From positions 1-51,974 of IMG/VR virus record IMGVR_UViG_3300028802_000021: a stretch of DNA of 51,974 bases. One strand, 5' to 3'. The notes below the pieces were generated by a model. It searched no databases and was not told where the DNA came from. It worked only from the letters and a program-made list of their open reading frames with translations. Shown piece by piece: positions 51,521 to 51,974 of the stretch. Origin of the DNA: a virus. Taxonomy: Duplodnaviria; Caudoviricetes. The position numbers were made by a program, and so were the translations under genes. The number at the start of each line of letters is the position of its first letter. The first letter of the stretch is position 1.

Positions 51521-51760
51521 ATGGGCGTCAACCATCCCCAGTACGGCACCTTCTGCGCCATCTGCTTCGGACAGCTCAGATCCGAAGACTGCGCCACCGA
51601 CAGCGACGGGCAGAAATGGGACGTCTGCAAGGGGAAATGCGCTGTCGAAGCCGGAATCTCGCCGTCAGGAGACGAAGTCGGAGAAGTACCAGTCCGGCTC
51701 CGCCAGCAGCCGGCGCCACTCCGCAGCAATCCCCCCCAGCAACATGATCAAATCGTCTGA
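51521..51760 (+). CDS. Cys-rich hypothetical protein
   Basis: SD AGGAG; CAIC...C...WDVC...CA.EAG. Confidence 0.55.
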   Translation: MGVNHPQYGTFCAICFGQLRSEDCATDSDGQKWDVCKGKCAVEAGISPSGDEVGEVPVRLRQQPAPLRSNPPQQHDQIV

Positions 51761-51974
51761 GTCCCGCGCCGTCCCGATCAACTTCAACTCATCACCGGCA
51801 GAAATATAGATGCCGATCTCATGACTCGGGGGCCATTCCACAGCCCGAGTCGCATTATCGACCGGATTCGGGAAATCAGTCTGCACAATTCCTCTATTTG
51901 TATTCAGAATGGTAAATGCGATATTTAGCGGCTATTTGCCATTTGGAATTTCGGATGATCGACTCGGCTCGGGC

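Noticed and set aside
1-51974. Stop-codon reassignment or host chromosomal flanks
   Set aside because: Core genes are intact under the standard code, no suppressor tRNA is present, no housekeeping genes are seen and attP is uninterrupted.

Overview
The window looks like a complete or nearly complete ~52 kb temperate siphovirus genome of a high-GC actinomycete, given mostly in reverse orientation. The endolysin type suggests a Micromonosporaceae-like host (inference). The minus strand carries an HK97-type virion module: P27-type terS, terL, endolysin, small holin-like gene, Sm-like small protein, portal, prohead protease, major capsid, neck genes, major tail, frameshifting tail chaperone, tape measure, distal and minor tail proteins. 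It continues with xis, a tyrosine integrase and an intact attP, then a recombination/replication module (exonuclease, SSAP, HNH, RusA, iteron-containing initiator, DGQHR/ParB protein), a packaging-type HNH and a C5 methyltransferase. Plus-strand islands sit at both ends and interrupt the packaging genes. The most unusual signals are non-coding: (i) a ~0.7 kb plus-strand island of dense RNA hairpins at 43.35-44.04 kb, containing a non-canonical initiator-like tRNA(CAU) and two covarying copies of an unrecognised rod-like motif, next to an Sm/LSm-like gene; (ii) an 81-nt tRNA-like element abutting a start codon at 20.03-20.11 kb; (iii) a family of GGTGC(A/G)C-based hairpins punctuating the early operon. 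All calls come from manual motif reading and base pairing; no searches or folding programs were run. Some start codons were re-chosen from SD or overlap evidence.
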